Of a stretch of DNA of 64,000 bases, positions 9,403 to 20,520 are shown piece by piece. The DNA comes from an uncultured Nitrososphaerota archaeon (GTDB lineage: Archaea; Thermoproteota; Nitrososphaeria; Nitrososphaerales; Gagatemarchaeaceae). The notes beneath the pieces were generated by a model. That model did not search any database. It saw only the letters and a list, made by a program, of their open reading frames with translations, and had not been told where the DNA came from. Each line of letters begins with the position of its first letter. Position 1 is the stretch's first letter. The position numbers and the translations under genes are program-made. The DNA is taken from contig CAVRAG010000007.1 in the NCBI GenBank assembly GCA_963718895.1, forward strand, positions 352,001-416,000. The letters are read 5' to 3'.

Positions 9403-9960
9403 ATGCCTCAAACAAAGGCCATTGTGAGCATCGAGAACGTCGTCGCTTCTGCCTCGATCAACCAGACCGTCGACCTGAACCAGATCACCAAGAATTTCGT
9501 CGATGTGGAGTATCACCCCGACCAGTTCCCCGGCCTCGTCTTCAGGCTGAAGACGCCGAAGACGGCCACCCTGATATTCAGCTCGGGGAAGATGGTCTGC
9601 ACGGGCGCCAAGTCGGAGGAGCAGGCGAGGAAGGCGGTCCAGGAAGTGGTCCGACGCCTGAAGAAGGGGAGCATCCCGATAAAGAACGAGGCGGAGATTG
9701 AGATTCAGAACATCGTCGCGTCCGCCAACCTCGGAGGCAAGGTCCACCTGGAGGAGGCAGCGCGTCAGCTGCCAAAGTCGATGTACGAGCCGGAGCAGTT
9801 TCCGGGCCTGATCCACAGGATGGCAGACCCGAAGACGGTGATACTGCTCTTCGCGTCCGGGAAGCTGGTCTGCACCGGGGCGAAGCGCGAGAGCGAGGTC
9901 TACAGGGCCGTCAACAACCTGCACGTCCTCCTCGAAGAGAAAGAGCTGATGGTATATTAG
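9403..9960 (+). CDS. tbp: TATA-box-binding protein
   Basis: Two internal repeats: IENVVAS...YHPDQFPGLVFR...LIFSSGKMVCTGAK and IQNIVAS...YEPEQFPGLIHR...LLFASGKLVCTGAK. Confidence 0.98.
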   Translation: MPQTKAIVSIENVVASASINQTVDLNQITKNFVDVEYHPDQFPGLVFRLKTPKTATLIFSSGKMVCTGAKSEEQARKAVQEVVRRLKKGSIPIKNEAEIEIQNIVASANLGGKVHLEEAARQLPKSMYEPEQFPGLIHRMADPKTVILLFASGKLVCTGAKRESEVYRAVNNLHVLLEEKELMVY

Positions 9961-10583
9961 CGGCCGCTGACCTGGCTCCTTATCGCCTTCAACGCATCGT
10001 CCGAGATCTCGTCTCTGTCATGCAGGGTCCGGGCGAGTTCCTTGATGTCCGTAAGGGAACGAAGCGCCACGCCCGACTTTTTGAGATTCGCCTTTCCCCC
10101 CTCCAGCCGGTCGATGAGTACGGCGACGTTCTTCACTTCGCCTCCCTCGCCCCTCACGGCGTCGATGCCCGACTGCAGCGAGTGGCCTGTGGTGATGAGG
10201 TCGTCCATCACGAGGACCCTCCACCCCGGAGTGATGCTCCCCTCTATCCGCTTCATCTGCCCGTAGTCCTTCTCTTCCCTGCGGACGTAGATCATCGGCT
10301 TGTGAAGCTCGAGTGCTACCGGCGAGGAGAAGGTGAGGCCCGCGGTCGGGATCCCGGCGATAGCGTCGAACTTGTCCAGCCCCACCTCGTTCCTAAGGAG
10401 GGAGAGATAGCAGTCTATGACGTACCGATATGCCCCGGGGTAGCTCGGGACAGTCCTCAGGTCGACGTAGTAGGAACTGAGCTTGCCGCTCGAGAGGGTG
10501 AAGGTCCCTATCTGGAGCGCCCCGACCTTGACGAGGACCATAGCCAACTCCTCGACCATCTGCTTCCGACCCTTCCAGCTCAT
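9957..10583 (-). CDS. pyrE: Orotate phosphoribosyltransferase
   Basis: GTFTLSSGKLSSYYVDLR, YVRREEKDYG, PRPP loop VLVMDDLITTGHS; start ATG 10583. Confidence 0.95.
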   Translation of the reverse strand: MSWKGRKQMVEELAMVLVKVGALQIGTFTLSSGKLSSYYVDLRTVPSYPGAYRYVIDCYLSLLRNEVGLDKFDAIAGIPTAGLTFSSPVALELHKPMIYVRREEKDYGQMKRIEGSITPGWRVLVMDDLITTGHSLQSGIDAVRGEGGEVKNVAVLIDRLEGGKANLKKSGVALRSLTDIKELARTLHDRDEISDDALKAIRSQVSGR

Positions 10584-10695
10584 GACCGCGCGACGCCACC
10601 GGGCGGTAGAAATGTGTATCGAGCGAAGCCGGAGGGTCCGCCACCCGAGAAAAGGTTCATAGAAGGTGATGTGGAGGGAGCGGCAGGCATCGCTC

Positions 10696-11781
10696 TTGGA
10701 AATCTGGCTCCCGTACGGAGACGTCGAGTCTCTCCTGACCCTCCAGGCGGAGAACCTGGGAGAGCTCTCTGACCCGGTCCCCGAGAGCCATGCGGACGAG
10801 CTCGTCCAGATCCTCGCCGAGAGGATGAAGGGCTGCGACCGGCTGGTCGTCTGCGACAGCAAGCCAGCCACCCTGAAGGTCCTCAAGGCCTGGGCTCCGC
10901 AGCTCCCACAGGACGCGGCGATGAAGGTCTACGCCCGCTCGCCCAAGGGGCTGGAAGACGGGGTCGCCGAACTCAAGGGGCGCGTGCTGAAACTATCTCC
11001 GCCGCCCGTCCCAGCGGCCGGCGAGCCTACCTACTCGCCCGAGCTAGTGGGGGGGAAGAGCTTCATCCTCGCGACGGGAGAGCCGGACCCGCTCTTCGGC
11101 TATCTGGACGCCAGGGCGTCGCTGGGGCTGACATCCCTGGGAGGCGCGAGGAGGGCTGCTTACAATGCGAGAGGAGGCGACGCCCCAGCTTTCCTCGATG
11201 AGACCCCCGCCTACACCTTGCTGGCCTCACTGGTAGAGAGGCTGGAAGGGACGTCGTTCGGGACGATCGTCACGAAGGGAGGAGAACCCCTCTCGCTCCT
11301 CGAGGGCGGCCCCAAGGAGGCCAGGTCCCACTTCAACCCGCAGCAGGTCAACCCCGCAAAGGGAGTGGTCATAGGAGCCGGTGGACGAGGGTTCGACGAG
11401 ACCTTCTCTCACCTCCTGAGGCTCTCTCTGGCGGCGCTGAAGAGCGTCAGGCGAGGCGGTGACGTCCTCCTCGTCGGAGAGTGCCGGGACGGGCTGGGGT
11501 CGGACGCCCTCCAGATGCAGGCGATGGGCAGGATCAGCGAGTCGGCTGTCCGGAAGGGATTCTACGCCGACGGGATGGAGGAGATCGGATATCTGGATTC
11601 GTTGAAGGAGAACTACTCGGTCACGCTCCTCTCGTCGCTGCCTGAGTTGTACGCCAGCGGGAGGTTCAGGTTCAAGACAGCGAACAACTCAGCGGAGGCG
11701 CTTCAGAAGGTATTCAATTCGACGGGCCGGGGAGCAAAGCTCCACGTCTTCACCCGCGCATGTGAGACGCTGCTGGCCTAG
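10696..11781 (+). CDS. LarA (lactate racemase/DUF2088)-like protein, divergent
   Basis: N-terminal EIWLPYG; C-terminal VIGAGG...GGDVLLVGECRDGLGS typical of the LarA C-terminal domain; start taken at TTG 10696. Confidence 0.6.
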   Translation: MEIWLPYGDVESLLTLQAENLGELSDPVPESHADELVQILAERMKGCDRLVVCDSKPATLKVLKAWAPQLPQDAAMKVYARSPKGLEDGVAELKGRVLKLSPPPVPAAGEPTYSPELVGGKSFILATGEPDPLFGYLDARASLGLTSLGGARRAAYNARGGDAPAFLDETPAYTLLASLVERLEGTSFGTIVTKGGEPLSLLEGGPKEARSHFNPQQVNPAKGVVIGAGGRGFDETFSHLLRLSLAALKSVRRGGDVLLVGECRDGLGSDALQMQAMGRISESAVRKGFYADGMEEIGYLDSLKENYSVTLLSSLPELYASGRFRFKTANNSAEALQKVFNSTGRGAKLHVFTRACETLLA

Positions 11782-12945
11782 AGCGGATAGGTGAGGAAGT
11801 TCTGGGGAACCGGCGCGCACAGGAGCATCAGCACCATCGCCCCTAGGAAGAGGAGCTTCCTCGAACTCGAGAGGCCCGACAGAGAGTCCAGCGTCTCGTT
11901 CGAGGGCTGGATCGCAGCCAGGAGGAAGATCATCAGGAAGACGACCCAGTAGTTCGGGACATCGATGGCGACGAGGACGAACCCGGTCGCCATCGTCGTG
12001 ATGCGGGATCCCACGGACGCCAAGGGCGAGCGTCGCCATCCTCCCTCCGTCGAAGAGGGCAGCGGGGAGCATGCTGAAGAAGCAGAGCAGGAGCCCGATC
12101 CACCCGGCCACCTCGAGCGGTGAGTACAGTGAGACTCCGCCGGCAGGGACAGAGGGTGAGAGGTTCAGGTACCCCGAGAGTGAGACCGCCGCCGACTGGA
12201 GTACCGATGGGTTCGTGCTGAGGGTGCCCAGGCTGCCGCTGCCGCCGAAGATCGCGGCGTACTGAGCCTGCGTCAGGGAGATCGCCGTCGTCGCTCCGAC
12301 CAGCGCCACGGCGAGCGCCACCGCCACTCCGGCTACCGGCGCGAAGAAGTAACAGTCGAAGAGCGCGTCCCTGTCGACCATGGGGGAGCGGACGAAGGTG
12401 ATCGCCCCGAAGGTCGGGAGGAAGTAGAGGACGGGGAGGGCTATGAAGAAGGGGATGTTGGGAAGGTAGTAGGGTATCGTCGAGACCCCGCCGCGCCGCC
12501 TCACGATGAACCTCTGGACGAGGTCCTTCACGACGAGCACCACGACCACGCCGACGACGAAGCTTGCCCCGATCAGGAGCGCGTTCCCGCCCTCGACCTG
12601 GGAGTAGATGTCACCCAGCAGCCACCCCGCCGCGATTATCGCGACGATCGAGAGCAGGGAGAGGAAGACCGGAGTCCTCGGCGACGCCGTCGCAGCTATC
12701 TCGCCCTTGACCAGAGTCAGAGAGGCATCGTCCTTCGTCCCGAAGAGCCGGGGCGTGAACCCGAGAGGCTTCACCCGGGGGTAGAGCGACTTGAAGGCGG
12801 CCTTCGATCGGTCTTCGTAGACGATGCTGTACTCCTTCGAGCCCTCGCCCCTGTCGAAGACGTCCTTCACCGTGAAGAGGGAGCGGACGATCGCCTCGGC
12901 CTCAGAGTCCTCCGACAAGTCGTTCGGGCGGTCGGCCAGAGGCAC
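11778..12945 (-). CDS. Site-2 protease (M50) family membrane protein, frameshifted near 12015, catalytic motif degenerate
   Basis: IPYYLP...PTFGA, FFAPVAG, AGWIGL, SMLPAALFDGG; the C-terminus continues in ORF 11778..12023; the HExxH position reads KDLVQ. Confidence 0.8.
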
Positions 12946-13061
12946 TTTAAGTCTTGGGTGGGGACGCGGCGAGGGCGGCCAGGACGCCGCCCTTCCGGAG
13001 CTCAGCAGCGGGAGGCATCCAGCAATTTATTAGTCCCCTCCTGACGGCTAAAACTCAGGGA

Positions 13062-13559
13062 ATGCAAGAGTCGGCCACGAGCAAAGCAAAGGACTACGCC
13101 GTCAGGCACTGCCGCCCAGAGGACGTTCCGAGCGTCATCAACGTTAACATGGCCACGCTCCCTGAGCACTACTCGGACTACTTCTACTACGACATACTGA
13201 AGGACTTCCCGAGCACATTCCTCCTGGCGGAGCAGGAGGGGAAGGTCGTCGGATACGTCATGTGCAGGTTAGAGTACGGCCTCTCGATGACCAAGAGGTT
13301 CGGGCTCGCAAAGAAGGGGCACATAATCTCGATAGCGGTCCTCGAGGAGAAGAGGGGCGCGGGGATCGGCACGACGCTCATCAAGGAGGCCCTCGAAGAG
13401 ATCCGAAAGGCCTCGGGCAAGGAGTGCTACCTCGAGGTCCGCACGACGAACACGGGGGCGATCGCCCTCTACGACAAGCTCGGGTTCAAGATAAGCAGCA
13501 CCCTCCACGGCTACTACAAGGACGGAGAGTCTGCTTACACGATGGCCACGCCGCTCTGA
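13062..13559 (+). CDS. N-terminal protein acetyltransferase (Ard1/RimI GNAT)
   Basis: LPEHY, GHIISIAV...RGAGIG, YLEVRTTN..AI.LY, YYKDGESAY; start ATG 13062. Confidence 0.92.
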   Translation: MQESATSKAKDYAVRHCRPEDVPSVINVNMATLPEHYSDYFYYDILKDFPSTFLLAEQEGKVVGYVMCRLEYGLSMTKRFGLAKKGHIISIAVLEEKRGAGIGTTLIKEALEEIRKASGKECYLEVRTTNTGAIALYDKLGFKISSTLHGYYKDGESAYTMATPL

Positions 13560-13566
13560 TAGTGGC

Positions 13567-15221
13567 ATGGGCAGATTCGCTGACCTCGCCTCGACCCTCG
13601 AGAGCATCAGGGCGACGGCGGGCAAGAACGAGAAAGTCAGGATCCTCTCGGACTACCTCCGCGGGCTGGACGCCGACGACGCCGAGCGGGCCGCCCGCTT
13701 CTCGACTGGCAGAGCCTCGCAGAAGGGGAGCGCAGACGAGACGCAGATCGGCTACTCCACCATAACCGACGTGATCGAGGAGGTGACCGGGCTGTCCGCA
13801 AGGGAGTTGAGCCGCGTCTACGTGAAGCACGGGGACCTGGGGGAGGTCGCCGAGGAGATCATGACGAGGAGGAGTGAGACGACACTCTTCCAGGAGGAGC
13901 TCAGCCTGGCCGACGTCGCGGACTCCTTCGAGGCGATGACCCAGGCCAAAGGGAAGGGCTCGAACGCCCTGAAGAAGGGCTATCTCAAGGCGCTGCTCCT
14001 GAGGGCGAACGAGACGGAGGCAAAGTACATCGTCAAGATACTCACGAAGGAGATGCGGATAGGGCTCGTAGACGGGCTCGTGGAGGAGGCCGTGGCCAGG
14101 GCGTTCGAGCTCGACCGCGCCTCGGTAAGGGAGGCGCACCTTCTGCTGGGTGACATCGGGATGCTCGCGCGCCAGGCGCGCGCCGGGACCATCGGGGATG
14201 TGAGGCTGGAGCTGATGCGCCCGACGAACTTCATGCTGGCGGAGCCGATGGACAGTCCGGACGAGATCTCGTCCTACTTCGGAAAGGAGGTCTACGCGGA
14301 CTACAAGTACGACGGGGTGCGCGCCCAGCTCCACAAGAGGGGAGACGAGGTCAGGGTCTACTCGAGGAGGCTCGAAGAGATCACGGCGAGCTTCCCTGAG
14401 CTCGTGGAGGGCGCGAGGCGGATCGACCACGACCTGATGATCGACGGGGAGATCGTCCCGTTCAGGGATGGAAGACCGCTCTCCTTCCAGCTCCTCCAGC
14501 GCAGGCTCAGGAGGATAGAGGACTTCGAGGACGCCAGGAGCAGGGCGCCCGTGGTCTTCTTCTGCTTCGACATCCTCCTGCTCGACGGAGAGGAACTCTA
14601 CAGGAGGCCCCTCCGGGAGAGGAGGGAGTCCCTGGCGCGGGTCATCGAAGGGTCGCGCCTTCATCATGGCGGAGATGAAGCCGGTCACGGACGCGGGGCA
14701 GATCCAGAGGCTCTTCAGGAAGGCCCGCACCCTCGGGTACGAGGGCCTCGTCCTCAAGGACCCCGCGAGCCCGTACACACCCGGCAGGCGAGGGAAGTAC
14801 TGGGTGAAGCTGAAGGAGGAGCTGGACACCCTCGACGTGGTCATAGTGGGAGCAGAGCTCGGGCACGGCAAGCGGGCAGGGATAATCTCGGACTACACCT
14901 TCGCCATCAGGGACGGGCCGGACCTCAAGGTCATCGGGAAGGCGTACTCGGGACTTACGGACAAGGAGATAGCGGAGATGATGGTGAAGATCAAGAGACC
15001 TCACGACCGAGGACGACGGATACTTCAGGAGAGTGAGGCCCGAACTCGTGTTAGAGGTCGCTTTCGACAGCATCCAGAGGAGCGACAGGCACGACAGCGG
15101 ATTCGCCCTCAGGTTCCCCAGGATCAAGAGGATACGAGACGACAAGGACGCAGGGCAGATCGACACCATCGAGAAGGTCAGGGAGATCTACGCCTCTCAA
15201 AAGGTAACGTCGGAGCTGTAG
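13567..15221 (+). CDS. lig: ATP-dependent DNA ligase (two frameshifts, about 14655 and 15000)
   Basis: Motif I YKYDGVR, IDGE, FDILLLDG, EGLVLKD, WVKLK, LDVVIVG, motif VI LRFPRIKRIRDDK, spread over ORFs 13567..15036, 14666..15241 and 15033..15221. Confidence 0.93.
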
Positions 15222-16745
15222 AAACGGCGCAGCTCCTCTGAGAGGGTCTGGTAGTCTGCGACGCCTCTCCCGACCATAGTCTCCAAGAACCGGGTCCTCC
15301 TCTCCATCTCGGCTGAGATCTTCTTCGCAGAATAGCCGTACCCCGAGGCCCGCTTCTCGAGCTTCACCGACTGCTCCGCTGACCCGTCCCAGCTCCCGCC
15401 TCTGTAGCCGAAGAGGGCGTTCCATCCCCGTCCGGGTTCGACGACCTCCTGGATGTGCCTCAGCCCCGACGGGTCCCTCACCATGAAGACCACCGCGTCG
15501 ATGAGGTCCAGCGAAGAGGCCGTGACCGAGAGCGGGGGCTGGGTCAGCCTCGCGATGATCCCCTCGGAGTTCTGAGCGTGGAAGGTGGTCAGGCAGCCCG
15601 ACCCCGTCGCTGCGGCCTGGAAGAGGACCTGCACCTCCTCTCCCCTCGACTCGCCGAGGATGACAAAGTCGGGCCGCTCCCTCAGGCTGAGCTTCACCAG
15701 GTCGAACAGGGTGACGCTGGAGCCCGCCGACTGGGTCTGTTTCGTGTGGAGCGGCTTCCACCCGGACTGCGGCAGGCTGATCTCCCTGGTGTCCTCGATC
15801 GAGAGCACCTTCCAGTTGGGATTGATCACGGTGCCCAGGGCGTTGAGCAGCGTGGTCTTGCCGGACGCCGTGACGCCGGCGACCACCACGAAGCCCTTCA
15901 TCTCGATCAGCATCCACAGGTACGCCGCTAGCTTCGCGTCGAGCGTCCCAGCTCGAATCAGTTCTGAGATCGTGTAGGGAATCGTCCTGAGCTTGCGGAT
16001 GCTGAAGCTGCTCCCGAGGCTGGTGACCTCCTTCCCCCATGTCGCGGCGAGCCTGTAACCCTCGGGTAGGACGCAGTCGACTATGGGAGACGAGATCGAG
16101 AGGGAGCGGTTCGACCTGTGGACCAGCCTCGAGACCACGGCGTCGAGCTCCTCCTGCTGGGGGAAGGCCACGTTCGTCTCAAGCCAGCCATGGGAGTTGA
16201 ACTTGCGGTGCCAGATCTTCACCGGCCTGCCGGCGCCTTCGCACGAAATGTCCTCTATCTCGCCGTCGCGGATCAGCGGGTCGATCGTCGAGTAGCCGAG
16301 TATGTCTCTCATCAGGTAGTGCGTCGCCGCGCTTGAGGTCGTCGTCGGTGACACCAGAGTCCAGGTATCCTCCGCGCTTGAGCTCGGCGAAGAGGTAGCC
16401 TAGGGGGTCGACAGAGATGACGGGCGACGGGGCCAGCCAGGACGTGAGCGAATCGATTGCTCCCGCCACGGCCGCGCTCAGGTCGGGGGAGAGGTACGGC
16501 TCCTTAACCAGATAGAGGAACCTTCCGTCGAGCTCGTAGATGTACACGGTGTAGCTCGACCTGTAGGTGACGGCATCCCCTGCCCTCAGCTCGTAGCTGA
16601 CGAGATAGTTCTCTGCCATGATACCTCCTCGAGGAGGCTCGAAGGGTATCGTCTCGAGCGCCACCGCAGTCGTCCGGGGTCGGGGCCTCCTGAGGCTACG
16701 CCCGATCATAGACCTATAGCGTGAGATCGACCGTTCTAGTTCCAA
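15197..16745 (-). CDS. Type IV pilus/type II secretion assembly ATPase (TadA/FlaI family), frameshift about 16335
   Basis: N-terminal YLVKEPYL; IEDISCEG; Walker A GVTASGKTT; Asp box SIEDTRE; LRERPDFVILGESRGEE; TTFHA. Confidence 0.9.
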
Positions 16746-17118
16746 ATGCGATGGTCACCGAGCCGTGGGTCCGGGGTTGCAACACTAGGTCGCAGATTCC
16801 CTTTGGCTGCAGCGCCGAGCAGGTGGATGTCCAGCCACCGGTCTGCCCGCCGTCCAGGTACACTGCAGAGAGGTGGGCGGTGGTCCACCCGTAGTTGAAG
16901 AGCCAGACGTAGGTCCCCGAGGAGTTGTCCTGAGTCGAGACCACGGACAGGAGGACCCCGTCAGCCGAGGCCGCGTTCTGGGACCCCGCGAGTAGGACGC
17001 CGTTGGCGCTCCTGAGCGACCCGAGGGAGATCACCCCCACCGCGCCCAGCACGGCGATCGTGATGGCCAGCATCGAGACCGAGGAGACGACCTCGCTGAC
17101 GCCCCGAGACCTACGCAA
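16714..17118 (-). CDS. Archaeal type IV pilin-like protein
   Basis: TTG start at 17118; class III signal RRSRG|VSEVVSSVSMLAITIAVLG; LFNYG motif. Confidence 0.8.
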   Translation of the reverse strand: MRRSRGVSEVVSSVSMLAITIAVLGAVGVISLGSLRSANGVLLAGSQNAASADGVLLSVVSTQDNSSGTYVWLFNYGWTTAHLSAVYLDGGQTGGWTSTCSALQPKGICDLVLQPRTHGSVTIAFGTRTVDLTL

Positions 17119-17731
17119 GGCGGTCGAGCCCCCCGTCGAAGACAAGGACGAGCGAGTGCCTGGATCCGTCTGTGGGGATGCAGAGCTCGAAACTGCTTGA
17201 CGGGCTCGAGCCAATGAACGGGACCGCGCTCACGTCCCCGCCCGGGAACGATAGACCCGAGCCGTCCGGAGCGATGACCTGGCATGAGGACGCATCCGAG
17301 AACATGACCTCGTGCCACCCGGGTGCGACACCGAGAGAAGCTGTCCATCGCCCGTCGATCCAGACCCTCCCATTCCCCGAAGCCCGCAGGATGCCAGACG
17401 AAGCCGTGAAGACGGAGAAGAACGTGGTCGCACCGGGGAGGCATAGCCGCTGCGTGGTCCCGTAGACCGTCCCGTTGAAGTAGAGGATCCCGGCTTGGGA
17501 GCTCGAGTCGTCGGCCTCGAGGGCCTGAAGGGACGTTGCCGTCGAGGCGTTGACCTGGACCTGCTCCATCTCAGGAGTACCGCCGAGAATCAGCGCTTGG
17601 TTGGAGAAGACCTCCTGCTTCGGAGGTGCGAGCCTGCTCACACCCTCGTAGACGACATAGGTGAGGGACAAGCTGATCGCGACCAAGATCAGGGATGCGA
17701 CGAACCCGCTGACTCCTCTAGAGCGCCTCAT
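17111..17731 (-). CDS. Archaeal type IV pilin-like protein
   Basis: ATG 17731 overlaps the upstream stop; MRRSRG|VSGFVASLILVAISLSLTYVVY class III signal. Confidence 0.8.
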   Translation of the reverse strand: MRRSRGVSGFVASLILVAISLSLTYVVYEGVSRLAPPKQEVFSNQALILGGTPEMEQVQVNASTATSLQALEADDSSSQAGILYFNGTVYGTTQRLCLPGATTFFSVFTASSGILRASGNGRVWIDGRWTASLGVAPGWHEVMFSDASSCQVIAPDGSGLSFPGGDVSAVPFIGSSPSSSFELCIPTDGSRHSLVLVFDGGLDRLA

Positions 17732-18162
17732 GCCTGTACGTTGAACGCCCGCGCCAGCTGGTCCCCTACGACGGTCACCGTGAAGGTGTTGAAGGTCGGG
17801 ATCACGAAGTTGGTCGTCATCTGGGCGGTCAGGATATCCCCGGGTTGGAGCATCGTCCCCCCGGACGGCGATGAGACCACCGTAACGTTCGACGCGCTGA
17901 ACTTGAAACTGTTGTGGTCGGGACCGTAGCTTACCTCGAAGGCTGAGATGGCAAGCGGGGTGTTGCCGTCGTTCTTGATGCTCATGATTATGCTCTCGCC
18001 GTTGGGGGCCACGTTGATGTCGGTCAGGTCCATGGACGGGTTTTTCACCTGGGAAACGATGATGTTCCTGAACTGCGTGTAGAGAAGTCCTCCGATCATC
18101 AGAGTTATTACGACCAAGATGATCGTCGCCAGAAAAGGGCTTATGCCCTTGCGCATCTTCAT
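17728..18162 (-). CDS. Archaeal type IV pilin (DUF1628-type N-terminus), probable major pilin
   Basis: MKMRKG|ISPFLATIILVVITLMIGGLLY; IKNDGN; own AT-rich promoter at about 18182-18190. Confidence 0.88.
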   Translation of the reverse strand: MKMRKGISPFLATIILVVITLMIGGLLYTQFRNIIVSQVKNPSMDLTDINVAPNGESIIMSIKNDGNTPLAISAFEVSYGPDHNSFKFSASNVTVVSSPSGGTMLQPGDILTAQMTTNFVIPTFNTFTVTVVGDQLARAFNVQA

Positions 18163-18201
18163 GCACTTGTAGTTCGGGAGGATATTTAATCGCCAAGGAA
18201 A

Positions 18202-19812
18202 TCAAAGGACCCCGAAGACCAGTAGGGAGATTAGCGTCGAGACCAGCAACAGCGGGACCGCCAGCGCGTGCCGCGAGGTCTGGGTGAACAGCTTCGAGAG
18301 GAGGAGACCGGTCAGGAGGGAGACCGCTGAGATCGAGACGAGTATGTAGCTCTCGGAGACCTTGGTGAAGGTGGGGAGAAACGGTATACCGCCCTGGTTG
18401 AAGCTGCTCAGGAACGACATGGAGGAGATCGATATCGCCGGGACGATCACCCCTATCATCACGAACGGGAGAAGGGAGCGCGAAGCATTTCTTCGTGCGT
18501 CCGATAAGCGCCTGAAGAAGGTGGACAGGCGCTCCAGCTGCTCGAACCCGGCTCCGGTCGCGAACGCTATGGCGAGCATCCCGAAAGAGAGCCGGACCAG
18601 CCAGGACGGGTGGGAGACAGTCTTCTGGGCCTCCTCGGGGCTCGCGCCGAGCATGATGGACCGTTGAAACGCCGTGAGGGGCTGCCCTATCGAGACGAAG
18701 TCAGACCCGGCAACCGAGACCTTCGTCAGCGCCTCCGGCAGGCTGACGCCCGCCTTGCTCTCCTCGGCGAGGTCGTGAAGGAGCAGACTCACCTCCTCCT
18801 CCCCCCGCCTTATCTTCGCGTAGACCCCCCTGGTCCGCATGAACCCCGCAACCGAGACCAGGAGTGGTATCAGCAGCGACACAGCGATGGGAATGACGCC
18901 GACCAGGAAGAGATAGGTGGCGACCGACCACGAAGCCACGATGAGACAGGACCGACCAGATTCCGGGAGTCGAGTTTCGCAGGACGGGCTGTGCAGCGTC
19001 CATTAGGGCCAGGAGGACGACTGAGAAGATGGTAAGGAGCCCTAGGGAGAGCAAGAGGATCTGGGAGGATGCGGCGCCCGGCACCGCGGCCGCGATCATG
19101 TCGAGGCCCACGGGGAAGAGCGCAAGGACCATCAGTGAGACCTCGGCGAGCGATCCGACCGACTCTGAGAACCCCTTCCACCTCGCTTCGAGGAGCCCCA
19201 CCTGCCGCGAGGCCTCCTCTTCGACGTACTCCGTGATGCTCTTGCCTGTGGTCAGAGTCGTCATGAAACTGTGCGACGAACTCACGGAGCTTCCCGCTGG
19301 GGTTGATGCTGAGGGCGGCCTCGACTATCGAGTTGGGCGAACCAGGCGAGAAGGTAATGTCGCGCTCGAGTATCGCCTGCTCCTTGCGGAGTTCCGGGAA
19401 GACGCCGTCGCCGAGGGCCGCGAGTCTTCCTGAGTCCGTCATCTATGGTCGGGGAGTAGGCCCTCGAGAAGATCGAGAGGGCGATAAGGAAGAAGGGGAG
19501 CTCAGCCTCGACCGCCCTCCGCCGTCCGTAGGACAAGAATCTGGGGAGGAGGACCGGCACGATTTGGACGAGGGCGAGGCCCGAGATGACGAGGATGGCC
19601 TGCGGCTGCGGCAGGAGGAGTGCAAGCACCTCACCTATTGCAGGGTAGACCAGGAGCGAGAGCGAGAACCGGGAGTACAGCCTAGGAGAGAGATACAGGC
19701 GCGCCGAGGCGAGCGGCCCCGAGAACCTTCCCTGCAACGAATCCGCCACGTCGGTCAGAGGGCATAGCGAAGCGATCCTCCTGACGAGCGCCTCGAAGTT
19801 GGGGCTAGACAC
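18202..19812 (-). CDS. Type IV pilus membrane platform protein (TadC/FlaJ, T2SS-F family), several frameshifts
   Basis: VEAELPFFLIAL, NPSGKLREF, TTGKSITEYV, LLHDLAEESKAGVSLPEAL across ORFs 19282..19812, 18870..19442, 18701..19285 and 18202..18939; next to pilins and ATPase. Confidence 0.82.
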
Positions 19813-19832
19813 TCCCCTAGAATTGGTGTTTG

Positions 19833-19840
19833 CTTATAAG
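19833..19840. promoter_or_regulatory. Palindromic TATA box between divergent tadC and prepilin peptidase genes
   Basis: CTTATAAG lies about 21 nt from the tadC start (19812) and 25 nt from TTG 19865. Confidence 0.55.
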
Positions 19841-19864
19841 GAGCTCCAGAATGAACCTGCGAGT

Positions 19865-20471
19865 TTGTTCCTGCAGATACTGATGGCGATATCCTTCCTG
19901 ATTGCAGGGTATCAGGACGTGCGGGAGAGGCTCGTCTCAGACCTGGTCTGGATACCGGCCATCGTCGGCGTCGCGCTCGCTCTCTACTTCGCCCCCTCGC
20001 AGGACCTCCTGCTGCTGGTCAGGATCGGCATCATAGGGGGTATTGCGCTTGTGGTGGCCAGGTATGGCCTCGTCGGGGAGGCCGACGGGATCGCGTTCGT
20101 GCTCGTGATAGCGGACCCGACGCCCCTTGCGCCGCTGCCAGTACTCTTCGCGGTCGCCGCGGTCGCACTCTCGCACATCGGCTACCTCTTCGCGACCGGG
20201 ATGACGGGGAAGGAGAAGGTAATCAGCATCTCGCAGTTCAGGAGGGAGGCGAGGTGGATCCCGAAGGCGGTGATAGTCGGCGACGGAGAAGACCGCCGTA
20301 GACAGCAACGTGAACATCTCGCGCGAAGACGTCGACAAGGTCACCGACGACTCGGCGACAGTCGAGGTCCAGTACGGGGTGCCCACCGTAGCGTACATAG
20401 CGGCCGGGTACATGATCTATCTCGTCTATCTGGCCATCTTCCAGAGCGGAGTGCTCCTCAGCCTGCCGTAG
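19865..20471 (+). CDS. Prepilin peptidase (A24, PibD/FlaK-like), frameshift about 20285
   Basis: YQDVRERLVSD (first Asp) and GEADG (second Asp); shifted C-terminus VEVQYGVPTVAYIAAGY, typical of the archaeal A24B tail, ends at TAG 20471. Confidence 0.82.
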
Positions 20472-20520
20472 AGGCAAAGCTGATTCGTCGCCGTGCCAGG
20501 GGAGGAGCGGTGATGACAGT

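Noticed and set aside
15197-19812. Archaellum operon
   Set aside because: No FlaH/ArlH, ArlF/G or archaellin-type sequence recognised; the pilins look like DUF1628-type pilins.
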